The translations under genes and the position numbers were made by a program. A stretch of 64,000 bases of DNA from Candidatus Doudnabacteria bacterium (GTDB lineage Bacteria > Patescibacteriota > Doudnabacteria > UBA920 > VMFF01): positions 81,663 through 145,662 of the forward strand of contig CAWIZL010000002.1 in the NCBI GenBank assembly GCA_963840645.1, written 5' to 3'. The notes under the pieces were generated by a model. It made no database searches, had not been told where the DNA came from, and saw nothing but the letters and a program-made list of their open reading frames with translations. Below are positions 35,558-46,259 of this stretch, piece by piece (within the stretch, counting starts at the first letter, position 1; every line of letters begins with the position of its first letter).

Positions 35558-35706
35558 CAGATGAAATATTCAGAAGATATTAAACGATCCTTAATTGAAT
35601 ACTTCAAACAGAAGCACGGTGTATCCGTCTCGGATGAAGAGGCAGACCTATACCTGGAAAGGTTGGCCGACTATTTTTTGCTTAAACACCAATACAGGTC
35701 ACACTA
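35558..35706 (+). CDS. 48-aa small helical protein, homolog of 32876..33073
   Basis: MKYSEDIKRSLIEYFKQKHGVSVSDEEADLYLERLADYFLLKHQYRSH. Below the ORF-track length cutoff; translated by hand. Confidence 0.35.
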
Positions 35707-35750
35707 AGTTTTCCAAAGCTAGTTGGTACACCAGCACACAGGTGGAAAAC
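35705..35750. repeat. imperfect palindrome, diverged copy C
   Basis: AAGTTTTCCA..TGGTACACC..GTGGAAAACC. 8-bp arms GTTTTCCA/TGGAAAAC. Confidence 0.6.
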
Positions 35751-35852
35751 CAGAGTAGCTAGAAATGGTGCTTGTTAGTTTGTTGCTGTATATATAGAGT
35801 ATAAAACTAAAAAACTGGTTTTTAAGACAGGTGCGGGTTTGGCAAGCTATTT

Positions 35853-36962
35853 TTAAGCTCTGCTAAAGAGGGTAAAATTTTTTGGATCCCTCAATCCTCG
35901 CTTAGCTGGATTTTGGGTCAATCCGTGTATTTCTTTGTGACGTGGATCAAAAGCGTGCCCATTCCCAAAGTCGTCTCTATTAATCTCGTCTGGCATCTTT
36001 CCCAAAAGGACTTTGTATACAAGGCGCCCAGCAAAGCTGACTTTTGCTAATAAATTTCCACCCTCATTCTGAATAGTAATTATGTGAACTATAAATCGAA
36101 CCCCTCCATTTTTTTCCTCAAGTAAAATAGGATCATAGGTTGGCCTCTCTACTATCACCCCTCTCATCGGCCACTCAGTTTCACCAAGGATATACGATTT
36201 TATTTTGGAGAAGTTTTTGTGATGTAAAATATTTTCCATCCCAGATTCAATAGCACAATAGGCAAAATAATTGAAAGTAATTTTTGCTATGATCCGAGCG
36301 CTATCGAAGCCAATAGTTGAATTTACCGATACATCGGCTCTTTTCTCGTCACTCCCATCTCCCACAAACGGTACTGTTTTCTCTGTGCCTGGTTTATAAT
36401 CCACGCCAAGTTCTCTAACTAGATCCATTGCCTCGTTTAACTCGCGACGACCGGGATCTTCTCCACCATGTGTAAATATTGAGACGTTCTTGCTCTCCTT
36501 ATTCCGCAGGATATTTTTAAGCTTACGAAATCTTTTCCCATCTCGAGGTAGAGCTTTTACCTTATCAACCAAGAGGACGATATAACCATTCTTGCCGTAG
36601 CCCTTTATTTTGATCTGAGAGATAAATAAAATTTTCCAGCTGCCATCCCTAAAAGTTAGAAATGGAAATGTTTCGTTAAAAAATGGTTCTCCCAAGCCAA
36701 GATCTACTGACAGCTTCATGTTTCCATTTCTAATTCTAATTTCATAGCTATCAGAGAAGTTCACCATTTGACAAAAAAGTCCCTCCTCGGTATCTTCTTT
36801 GAAACGAGTCTCAAGCGGGTTAAAGATGGAAGAATTGCAGTGATTACAGACACAACGAAGTTTCAGGTTCTCCTTAAAATTTCCCAGTAGTTTGGGTATG
36901 ACGTGTTCTCGACTTCCGAACGCTGTCTCGTCTTCGTTTTTGGCACAGTATATGCAAACCAT
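35853..36962 (-). CDS. HNH-nuclease-domain protein with an uncharacterised C-terminal domain
   Basis: N-terminal CIYC..(13)..REHVIPKLLG..(14)..CNHCN pattern. 369 aa, AT-rich. Confidence 0.5.
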   Translation of the reverse strand: MVCIYCAKNEDETAFGSREHVIPKLLGNFKENLKLRCVCNHCNSSIFNPLETRFKEDTEEGLFCQMVNFSDSYEIRIRNGNMKLSVDLGLGEPFFNETFPFLTFRDGSWKILFISQIKIKGYGKNGYIVLLVDKVKALPRDGKRFRKLKNILRNKESKNVSIFTHGGEDPGRRELNEAMDLVRELGVDYKPGTEKTVPFVGDGSDEKRADVSVNSTIGFDSARIIAKITFNYFAYCAIESGMENILHHKNFSKIKSYILGETEWPMRGVIVERPTYDPILLEEKNGGVRFIVHIITIQNEGGNLLAKVSFAGRLVYKVLLGKMPDEINRDDFGNGHAFDPRHKEIHGLTQNPAKRGLRDPKNFTLFSRA

Positions 36963-37077
36963 GACCTTTACTTTAAGAATCTATCAATCGAGACACTAAT
37001 AGTATCCTATGCCTTTGTACAAGTTGAATCAAACACGATACGATGAACTTGATTGTTTGAATTAAAAATCAAACTGA

Positions 37078-37374
37078 ATGCAACGAGGCGGCAGGAGAGT
37101 GGGTGCAGGTAGACCAGCGGGTAGTCAATCTGAAAAGAGCCTAGAGCGCGAAGCACTACGGCAGTACATTTTTGACCAAGTAAGTCAGAACAAGGAAGCA
37201 ATCATCACGGCGCTCATCAAAGAGGCTACGAGTGGTCAGGTTTCGGCGGCGAAAGAGCTGCTGGAGCGGTGCCTAGGCAGGGTGAAGGGCGAACCCGAGG
37301 TCGAGGTGCAGGAGGTCAGCCTCAGCGCGCTGCTGATGGAGATCAGGGACGAGCGTAAGCAGGGATTGCGTTAA
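37078..37374 (+). CDS. hypothetical phage-like small protein
   Basis: 98 aa, N-terminal GGRRVGAGRPAGS basic motif. Confidence 0.4.
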   Translation: MQRGGRRVGAGRPAGSQSEKSLEREALRQYIFDQVSQNKEAIITALIKEATSGQVSAAKELLERCLGRVKGEPEVEVQEVSLSALLMEIRDERKQGLR

Positions 37375-37833
37375 GTAAGCGGCACACTTCTGCCTTTTCA
37401 CTGTGTCGGTACGGGCTGAACGGGGTACTGCTCGTGGCACTGCGCTATGGAGTGGTCGAGTTCACAAATGTTAGCCTGACGGAGCTGCTGAAAGGCATCA
37501 ACGCATAAAGGCAAAACCTATAACCGCGAACAGCCCGAGGGTGAAGAGGAAGCCGCCCACGCCGAAGATCGCAGTCATCATGGTGATGAATATCAGCGCA
37601 GCTAAACCCAGAATCAGCCTGATGATTACCCGCATGGCTTTATTGGTTCAGGCAGCTCAGGTAGGACTGGTTGTAAGCTGTCTGACCCTGCGTTTGAACG
37701 TACGCAGCAGCTTCCTGTGCTTGTTGTTGCAGCTGTTGATTGTAGAGGGTCAGGGTCATGTTTATCTCATCTCTGTTGCCACTGTTCAAACTATCTTGCA
37801 CAGACTGTGGCAGTGTCGCCATCTGCGCGGCAG

Positions 37834-38280
37834 TCAGGGTCCGTTGTACATCGCGCTGATGATGAGTTGTCTCTGGATGACCAGTGGATTGCTCGCTTCT
37901 GCTTCCGCACTCATCTGATTGGCTAGGCTGATGAAGTTCTGCTGGTCTTCACTGGCCTTGGTCTTGCACTCCTCAATTTTAACCGAAGGATCGACTGCGG
38001 CTTGGTTCGTGGTATTGGTTGACTTCGGAGCCTCTTTCTTTGGCTGCGGTGTAGGCGTTGCTATGCTATCCACTGATGGACTTGGTGTCGGTGTTACAGT
38101 GATTGTTGGTTTTGCCTGGGCAACAGGTACGCCAACTTTTTGATCAGCCGCAATCTTTTGTCGTAGCCGTGCGTTTGACCTGCTCAGCCTCACCTGTGCG
38201 TACGCGAGGGTGCCAATGGCAAGGACAGCGACAACACAGATTCCTGGCACTAGAAACTTTTTCATGTCAGCTATTTTCAT
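37834..38280 (-). CDS. membrane-anchored protein
   Basis: 148 aa, N-terminal TM segment LVPGICVVAVLAIGTLAYA. May continue into ORF 37640..37822. Confidence 0.45.
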   Translation of the reverse strand: MKIADMKKFLVPGICVVAVLAIGTLAYAQVRLSRSNARLRQKIAADQKVGVPVAQAKPTITVTPTPSPSVDSIATPTPQPKKEAPKSTNTTNQAAVDPSVKIEECKTKASEDQQNFISLANQMSAEAEASNPLVIQRQLIISAMYNGP

Positions 38281-38292
38281 GGTGATGATTGG

Positions 38293-38481
38293 TTAGTGGT
38301 GTACGTCTGGTGACACCGTGTCCTTTGCCCTGTTCATGTGCCGCCGCATCTGCTCTCGTTCCGCCATCGTCTTCTTATCTGCGATGTCCTTTTCACCACA
38401 TTTCGGGCACTGATCCTTACAAACAGGGCAGTAGCCTTCACCACACTTCTTGCAGTCAATGGATTGGAACATATGAGGCAT
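38293..38481 (-). CDS. small cysteine-rich (zinc-ribbon-like) protein
   Basis: CKKCGEGYCPVCKDQCPKCG. Confidence 0.45.
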   Translation of the reverse strand: MPHMFQSIDCKKCGEGYCPVCKDQCPKCGEKDIADKKTMAEREQMRRHMNRAKDTVSPDVHH

Positions 38482-38486
38482 GGGAT

Positions 38487-39035
38487 TTATCTTTTAAAAT
38501 GTTTGTAAACTTTCTTCCAGCCGTCATTCCCAAGGTACTCAGTAAAGTCTCGTGCCTTTACGTTGTAGGTGCCATCTACGATCCGTTGCTTTTCTGTGCG
38601 CCTTAGATCCCTTGTCTCCCAGGCAAGCTTCTTCTTGGTGACCCAGAAGTACACCTTCATGGATTTGCTGAGCTTGTGGACAGACCCGAGCCTTTTCAAA
38701 AGGTCGGATGGTTTGATTACCAAATACTGTATGTCTTTCCGATTGAGGCTGTAGATTACAAATACCCAGTAGTCAGCCTTGGAACTTTTTATTTTTTCAG
38801 CGTTCAAGGTTCAGAAGCCCCACCCGGTTAACTTTTTTTGAAGTTCTGGCTTCAGGAGTTCTGTGAAGTTTCTTGAAAATTTTACCTGCAGTGAGACTGT
38901 CTTCGTGTTCTCTCTGTTGGAGGCAAACAGGTCTACGCCCGTGTCCTTGGATGGAACCCACACGTTCAGTTTTTGCTGTTCCAAAAAGGAACCGACAAGG
39001 TACTCGCCCGCGTGAATTGTGAAGATTGGTGTCAT
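38487..39035 (-). pseudogene. PD-(D/E)XK-like nuclease-fold protein interrupted by an in-frame TGA
   Basis: HAGEYLV..DTGVDL..SLQVKFS in ORF 38811..39035. Same frame continues after the TGA (38811-38813) as ORF 38487..38807. Confidence 0.45.
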
Positions 39036-39469
39036 GGGTTTGGTCTAGAGGGACAGCGGAATCAAAAATGACCACCCGCTTGCCCCACCTAACCTTTCGG
39101 CTAGGGACCCTTGTAAAGGCTAAGACAAAACGGATGGCCGTCTCTGCTTTACAAGGGATTTTTGCCATGCCCAGAGCAGACCGCTCGTAGGTTTAGGCAA
39201 ACTATTAAATTGTGCCTAAATCATAGTATTTTTGGAGTCTTTGTGCAAACGCGTGGTTTTCTGTAAAACTGGCAGCCCAGGGCACAGCGCAGGTTCGTCC
39301 CTCGGAGTGCCACGGCAGCCCACGTGGAATCTTTGCGCCAAAAGCTTAGAATTGTATGCCCGTCCAAAATCTCTCACTCTGAAGTTGTTTAAAGGCTGGG
39401 CTACCGACACTTGGTTTTAACCGAGTGTAGTTTGGTGCAGGTGTTGCACATTCTTAAAGTTGTAAACCC

Positions 39470-39498
39470 TTGACGCTATAAAATGCTAGAGGTATAAT
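39470..39498 (+). promoter_or_regulatory. strong sigma70-type promoter
   Basis: TTGACG (39470-39475), 17 nt, TATAAT (39493-39498). Confidence 0.6.
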
Positions 39499-39504
39499 TG
39501 GCTT

Positions 39505-39829
39505 ACTTTTATTAAAAAGTAAGTTCGATGAACAGAAAAATTTATTCTCACAACCAAATATAGAGCACTTGGAATCTTCAGCAGCTACGCCTTTCGTGAA
39601 ATCTGGCTGCAAGTGGGGACGGGGTTCCGCCGTCCGACCTACAAGCGGTAAAAGCTTGATCGCCGTCTCGCGTTGAGGCGGAATCGAACATCGCAGCGGT
39701 GGAGGCTGTATGCGGTGTGTGCAAAAGCCCACAACGGGCATGAGTATTAGAGGCTCAAGAGTTGTGCAAACTTTCTTTTCTAGAAAGTGTGCGCGGCTCT
39801 TGGGTCTTTTTGTATTTAAGACCACGATC
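39505..39829 (+). ncRNA. candidate structured leader or ncRNA downstream of the promoter
   Basis: ~325 nt without a convincing ORF. Hairpins CTTACTTTT/AAAAGTAAG, GGACGG/CCGTCC, CCGTCTC/GAGGCGG, ACTTTCT/AGAAAGT, GGTCTT/AAGACC. Confidence 0.3.
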
Positions 39830-40930
39830 ATGAACAAATTAAATCAGTTAGCAGATCATGACCCACAGAAGAATATTGAATTGGAAGAGCTGCAGCCGTA
39901 CCTAGACTACATCCAGGCTGTGCTGTCTGTGGTTGCTGATCTAGAGGAGAAAATAAACGCAAATGGAAGATATACCAACGATGTCTCTGGCGGATCTGCT
40001 GGGGATGGAGTTCAGTGAAGATAAACGGTCGGACCGTCAGACGGCCTGGTGCCAGCAGAGGGCATGGTGATTCTATCGGGTGAGCCAGGCAGCTACAAGA
40101 CGTGGCTGTTGCTGCACATTGCCCTGTGTGTGGCGGCGGGCAAGCCGGTGTTCGGGCAGTTCGCAACCACGCAGGGCCCAGTGCTAATCATTGACGAGGA
40201 GAACAGGCACGCGCTGTTACAGGATCGCCTGAAGCGCTTGGGTGCAGATCAGCAGCTCCCGATCACCTTCTCAATCAAGAGTGGGTTTAGCCTGGAGTCT
40301 CGTTTCGCGCAGCTGCTGCAGTGCGTGGTCATCTACGGGATCAAGCTCGTCATGCTCGACAGTTTCGTGCGCATGCACGAGAGGGACGAGAACGACGCGA
40401 AGCAGATGTCGTCGGTGTTCAAGCTGCTCTCGAGTTTACAGGCAGCGGGGGCAGCGGTGCTCATGACGCACCACCACCGCAAGGACTACGGCGGCGGCGC
40501 AAGGAAGTCCCAGAGCCTCCGCGGTTCGTCCGACATTCTCGCTGCACTCGACAGCCACCTCTCCATCGAGAGGAAGGGCAGCGGACAAATTGAAATTACG
40601 CAGACGAAGCTCCGCGACAGGGAAGAGGTCGAGGCGTTCGGCTTAACAATTACTAACGTGGACGATACGTCCACCACGATTGAGTTCATCGGCTCGATCC
40701 TGAAGAAGAAGCAGGACGAGGCGAAAGCGCGGATTCCTGCGTTGCTCGTTGACCGAGGCGAAATGGCCAGAGCAGACCTCGTTGCAGAGCTGAAGGACGT
40801 GGCGGGCGGCAACGCCGTTGCCAACGCAATCAAGGAGCTGCTTACAGAGCAGAAGATCATCGAACGCGTGGGTGAGAAGAACAAGAAGTTCTACTCGGCA
40901 CAGTCGCTCGACAGCTCTTTAGTCTCTTAG
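39830..40930 (+). CDS. RecA-fold AAA ATPase (RepA/AAA_25-like), two frame breaks near 39.96-40.05 kb
   Basis: Walker A GEPGSYKTW, VLIIDEEN, LVMLDSFVRMH. The N-terminal part is spread over three frames. Confidence 0.6.
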
Positions 40931-41155
40931 TACCTATATAGGATAAAAGGCTAAAAAGCAGGTTACATGTGAATGGGCGGGTAGTTTGTTAGTTTGCCAC
41001 CTTGTATATAGGGATACCAGACCAACAACTACCTTCGCCAAACAATAGTAAATAATAGCAGCACTTTCAGTGTAAAGTTGCACCTTGTTGTACATTGTTA
41101 ACACAACACGATAGTATAGTAATGTCAAGGAAAATGTAAAGAAAGTTCAATAGAT

Positions 41156-42659
41156 ATGGCAAAGAATCAATTGAAGCACAACGGAAGGTACCTCGCATAC
41201 GTCCGCGTATCATCAAGAGACCAAGAAAACGGCATGAGTTTGGACGTTCAGCAGAGCCAGATTGAGTCGTACGCGCGGGAGCGTAGCATGCAGATCGGAA
41301 AATTCTTCGGTGGCGTGGAGGCTGCCTCGCAGACGGGCCGAGAAGAGTTCGGCGAGATGGTCACGATGCTGAAGCGGGAGAAGTACCAGGGGATCATCTT
41401 CGCGAAGGTGGATCGCAGCGGCAGAAATCCGTCTGGACCAGGCGAAGCTCTACGAGCTCATGGGAGCCGGGTACGAGTTCCACTTCGTGGCGGAGCGGCT
41501 GACCACGGCAGAGCACACGGCGAAAACCATGCTGTACCTCCTGTGGGGCGTGGCGAGCGGGTTCAGTGAGAACCTAAAATTTGAGGTGAACAAGGGCATC
41601 TACGCCATGCTGAAAGCGGGTAGGTACCCGAACCCTGCGCCGATCGGGTACCGCGATGCAGGCCGTGGCGTGAAGGAAATTGACGAAGTAAAAGGGCCGA
41701 TCATCAAGAAGCTATTTGAGCTGTACAGCACGGGCAACTGGGACATCCTGTCGCTGCACAAAAAAATTACTGACATGGGACTCGTAACGAAGGTGACCAA
41801 GCAGTACGGCTCAAAGCCGCTCAAGGCGAACGCACTGTACAAGATCCTGCGCAACCCGTGGTACTACGGCTGCATGCTGTACAACGGGGAGAGCTACTTG
41901 GGCGCGCACACGCCGATCATCAGCAAGCAGCTGTTCGACAAGGTGCAGAACCTCTTAGACAGGAGGAGCTTCAAACACCAGCGGAAGTTCCAGTACGTGT
42001 TCCAAGGACTGCTAACCTGCCACACTTGTGGAAAGCCGTTGCGCTCCATTTCATCAAAGGGAAAGTACAAGTACTACGCCTGTAGAAACTTGGCCTGCAG
42101 GTGCAACGTCAACGAAGACTTTGTTGCAATGCAGTTCGAGTACGACCTTCGGCAGCTAGAGTTCTCGGACGAAGAGGTAGAGCTGTTCCTGAAAGCAGTG
42201 GCAATGTTCAGGCAGGAACTCAACCAGTCTAAGGCTGATGAGATCAAGACAATCAACATGGAGCTAGGCAAGACCAAGGCTGAAGCCGAGCGATTACTGC
42301 AACTGTATTTGCAACAGAGCGTGAGCGAGCAAGACTACAAGTCCATGAGATCGAAGCTGGTGAACCGAGAGCTGGAATTGCAAGAGCGGAAGGTTGCGCT
42401 GGAGACCGCCGACAGGAAAACGGTGGACGATATAACAGAAATTGGAAAACTACTCAAAAGGCCATCCCTGGCATACAGGATGGCCTCTGAGGAGAAGAAA
42501 CGTTTTCTCGTGAAATCTCTAGTGGAAAACTTTTCCTGGAATGAGAAAAAGCTAACCACCAATTGGCAGAAACAGTACAAAGTCGTTGCAGAAAGACCGC
42601 GGGTAGAGTTTGGTAGCGCTACCGGGAATCGGACCCGGATTCTCACATTGAAAGCGTGA
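41156..42659 (+). CDS. large serine recombinase (one frame break near 41.44 kb)
   Basis: Resolvase domain YLAYVRVSSRDQ..; recombinase domain; zinc ribbon CHTCGKPL..YYACRNLACRC; coiled coil. The last 49 nt overlap tRNA-Glu. Confidence 0.85.
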
Positions 42660-42685
42660 TGTCCTAACCATTAGACGATAGCGCC
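42611..42685 (-). tRNA. tRNA-Glu (anticodon UUC), CCA encoded
   Basis: Hand-folded cloverleaf: acceptor GGCGCTA/TAGCGCT, D arm GTCT/GGAC, anticodon arm TCACG-CTTTCAA-TGTGA, T arm CCGGG-TCCGATT-CCCGG. The T loop has C where U55 is expected. Confidence 0.75.
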
Positions 42686-42753
42686 AAGTTGTTCGCATGC
42701 GTGCAAATTCGAATTTGCCAGTAAATTATAGCCTTTTTGGTGCGTTTTGTAAA

Positions 42754-44554
42754 CTACGCAACCTCCTCAGCCTCACCACCTGCAAACCCGCCTGCCTGAA
42801 TATTCCACAGCCTCTGGTACGTGCCTGTCTCAAGCTTCAAAAGCTCCTCGTGCTTGCCCTGCTCGGTAATCTTGCCACCCTCAATGACCACAATGCCGGT
42901 CCATCTGCATTACCGTCGAGAGGCGGTGCGCAATCACAATGACTGTTTTGTGCGCCATCAGTGTATCAAGCGCGTCTTGAATTAAGCGCTCAGACTCAGA
43001 GTCCAAGCTGGACGTGGCCTCATCCAAAACCAGGATAGGTGCGTTCTTCAAGATGGCGCGGGCAATGGCAACGCGCTGGCGCTCGCCGCCAGACAGCTTT
43101 ATGCCGCGCTCGCCAACGAACGTCTCATATTTATCTGGGAAACCGTTTATGAACTCGTGGCAGTGCGCGAGGCGAGCTGCTTCAAGAACCTCTGCGTCTG
43201 TTGCATCAGGCTTTGCGTAGCGAATGTTCTCCATGATGCTGCGGTGGAACAGAATTGGGTCTTGCGGAACAAGAGAGACGTTTCTTCGCAGGCTATCTTG
43301 CGTCACGCTCGCAATGTCCTGGCCATCTATTAAGATTTGCCCGCTCGTTAAATCGTGGAAGCGGAGCAAGAGCTTGACGAACGTAGACTTACCACCGCCA
43401 GATGGCCCAATGAGCGCAACTTTTTCACCGCCAGCAATTTTCAAGTTGAAGTTCTCGTAGATGCTCGTACCTGTGTAGTAGCTGTACGCAACGTCTCTGA
43501 ATTTAACTTCGCCAGTCGTCACGGCGAGTTGAGCAGCACCAGATTTATCCTGCACTTCGTGCGGCGTTTCCAAAATTTCTGTCATCTCGTTTGCGTCAGA
43601 CATAGCCTCGTAGAACCGCTTGAGGTAGCGGGAGAAGTTCCACACAGTGTTGAACGTTAAAATGACGTAGCTCTGCATGAACACAAAGTCGCCGATTTGA
43701 AACTTTCCTTCTTGCCATAGGTGCAGGCCAATGTAGAAGACAAAGAACTCCATGAGCACCATGAAGAAGCCTTGAATGCCGTACGAAATTGCGTCCAGGT
43801 CCCAAGCTTTGCGCGTGATCAAGAACCACTTCTGCGCGAGGCTGCCGTACCCAGCTTTTTCCATCTCAAGGTTCGTGAACAGCTTTATGTTCGTGTTGTT
43901 TGAAATTGTATCTGCCAAGTACCCAGACAACTTAGTGTCAATCTCAGATTTCTGTAGGTCTTGGCGTAGCTTGTATAGCGTGAAGTAGTAGTTGAATACA
44001 GTATGCAGGATTGACCAGACGAGCACGGCAATGCCGAGCTTTGGGTAGGCAATGAGCAGCACCACAATGACAACGAGCACGCGCAAGATGCTGGGCGTTG
44101 CTTCCCATATGATGAGGTCTGCAATATCTTCGAACGAGCGCGAGAACCTATTGACCTTGCGCTGGAGGGAGCCTGAGAAGTTGCTGCTGAAAAAGTTGAA
44201 CGAGTGGTCGTGGAGGTATGCGAAGCACGTGTTCGTGATGTCTCGCATTGCGCTCGATTCAAAGTAGTCATTCACGAAAAATATAACCCTGTTCGCGATC
44301 CAGTTTATAAAGTTGTAGAGCAGTACGCTGGCTACTATTGATAGGAGGGTGGCTGCCACAGCTGGTGTGCGGACATTCTGTCCGAGCACATTGAAGAAGT
44401 CTTTGTACAGGAAAGGCATGTACAGCTGGGCTGCCAAGCCTACCAGTGTAAAAATACCGAGCGATGTAACTGCAATCGGGTACTTCTTGGCATGCTGCCA
44501 GTATATTTTGAACGTCTTTGATGAGTAGTTTTTCTTTGGTTCTGGATTGGCCAT
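42754..44554 (-). CDS. ABC exporter, fused permease/ATPase (one frame break near 42.89 kb)
   Basis: TM domain plus GPSGGGKST, LSGGERQR, ILVLDEATSSLD. The C-terminal ~45 aa are in another frame. Confidence 0.85.
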
Positions 44555-44579
44555 AAATCTGCTAGAATGTGAGAGCTGA

Positions 44580-45522
<943 letters not shown>

Positions 45523-45550
45523 AGTTTTTTTGTGCTAAAATACAGGAGCA

Positions 45551-45838
45551 ATGCCAGAAGATATCCAAAAGATAAAAGATAAGATTACGCCCCTGCTTCA
45601 ACAGGCAGGCGTATTAAGGTCGTCAATTTTTGGATCTGTTGCCCGCGGAGAAGCAACCAAAAATAGTGATGTGGATATTTTAATTGAATTTCCCAAGGGG
45701 AAAAACATGTTTGACCTTATTGATTTGGAAGAAAGACTCGGCTCAACATTAGGCAAAAAAGTTGATTTGGTCACGTACCAGTCGCTCCACCACTTACTAC
45801 GAGATGGCATCCTTAATGAGCAAGTTAGAATTCTATGA
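45551..45838 (+). CDS. MNT-type nucleotidyltransferase (antitoxin-like)
   Basis: IFGSVARGE..SDVDIL motif. Stop overlaps the start of the downstream HepT-like gene. Confidence 0.8.
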   Translation: MPEDIQKIKDKITPLLQQAGVLRSSIFGSVARGEATKNSDVDILIEFPKGKNMFDLIDLEERLGSTLGKKVDLVTYQSLHHLLRDGILNEQVRIL

Positions 45839-46167
45839 GCAAAGACCCGCAAATTTTACTGAAGCACATCTTGGAATCCATAGAGCAGGTTCAAGGCTAC
45901 CTGGTTAACATGGACGAAGAGGACTACATGGTTAATGTTGAGAAACAGGATGCCGCTGAACGCAGGTTGCAGGTTATTGGGCAATCAATCGTGTCTCTAC
46001 CGCAAGATTTTAAGGATGCTCATCCTGAGATAGAGTGGGCAAAGATTGCAGGTCTGAGAAACCGCTTAGTTCACGAGTACCTAGAAATTGATCACGAGCT
46101 TATCTGGAATATCATCGCCCAGTCACTTCCAGAGTTCCAAAAGTCTATCGAAAAACTTTTACAATAG
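45835..46167 (+). CDS. HepT/DUF86 HEPN-domain protein (toxin-like)
   Basis: RNRLVHEY (Rx4HxY HEPN motif). Confidence 0.8.
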   Translation: MSKDPQILLKHILESIEQVQGYLVNMDEEDYMVNVEKQDAAERRLQVIGQSIVSLPQDFKDAHPEIEWAKIAGLRNRLVHEYLEIDHELIWNIIAQSLPEFQKSIEKLLQ

Positions 46168-46259
46168 AGCCAGGGTGTGGCTAAATATAAAATATCAGAA
46201 AAAAGAACACCCGCTGGGTGTCCTTTTAAAACAACGTTTTACTGGCCGCGCCAGTTTGC

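Larger units (their letters stand above)
37000..42685 (+). mobile_element. putative integrative element at tRNA-Glu (left boundary uncertain)
   Basis: Serine recombinase at the right end overlapping the tRNA; RepA/AAA_25-like ATPase; small phage-like ORFs; composition change near 37.0 kb. Confidence 0.45.

Noticed and set aside
38811-38813. The in-frame TGA as evidence for an alternative genetic code (UGA read as an amino acid, as in some candidate phyla).
   Set aside because: TGA ends well-supported genes in the same window, for example murE at 691-693 with the overlapping ATGA start of the next gene. A nonsense mutation in a mobile-element gene is simpler.
39590-39720. GC-rich core of the 39.5-39.8 kb leader as a tRNA-like or tmRNA-like gene (contains GGCGGAATCGAAC and GGGGACGGGGTTCC).
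   Set aside because: I could not build a T arm with a paired 5-bp stem, an acceptor stem or a CCA end in either orientation. It is kept only as an unclassified structured region.
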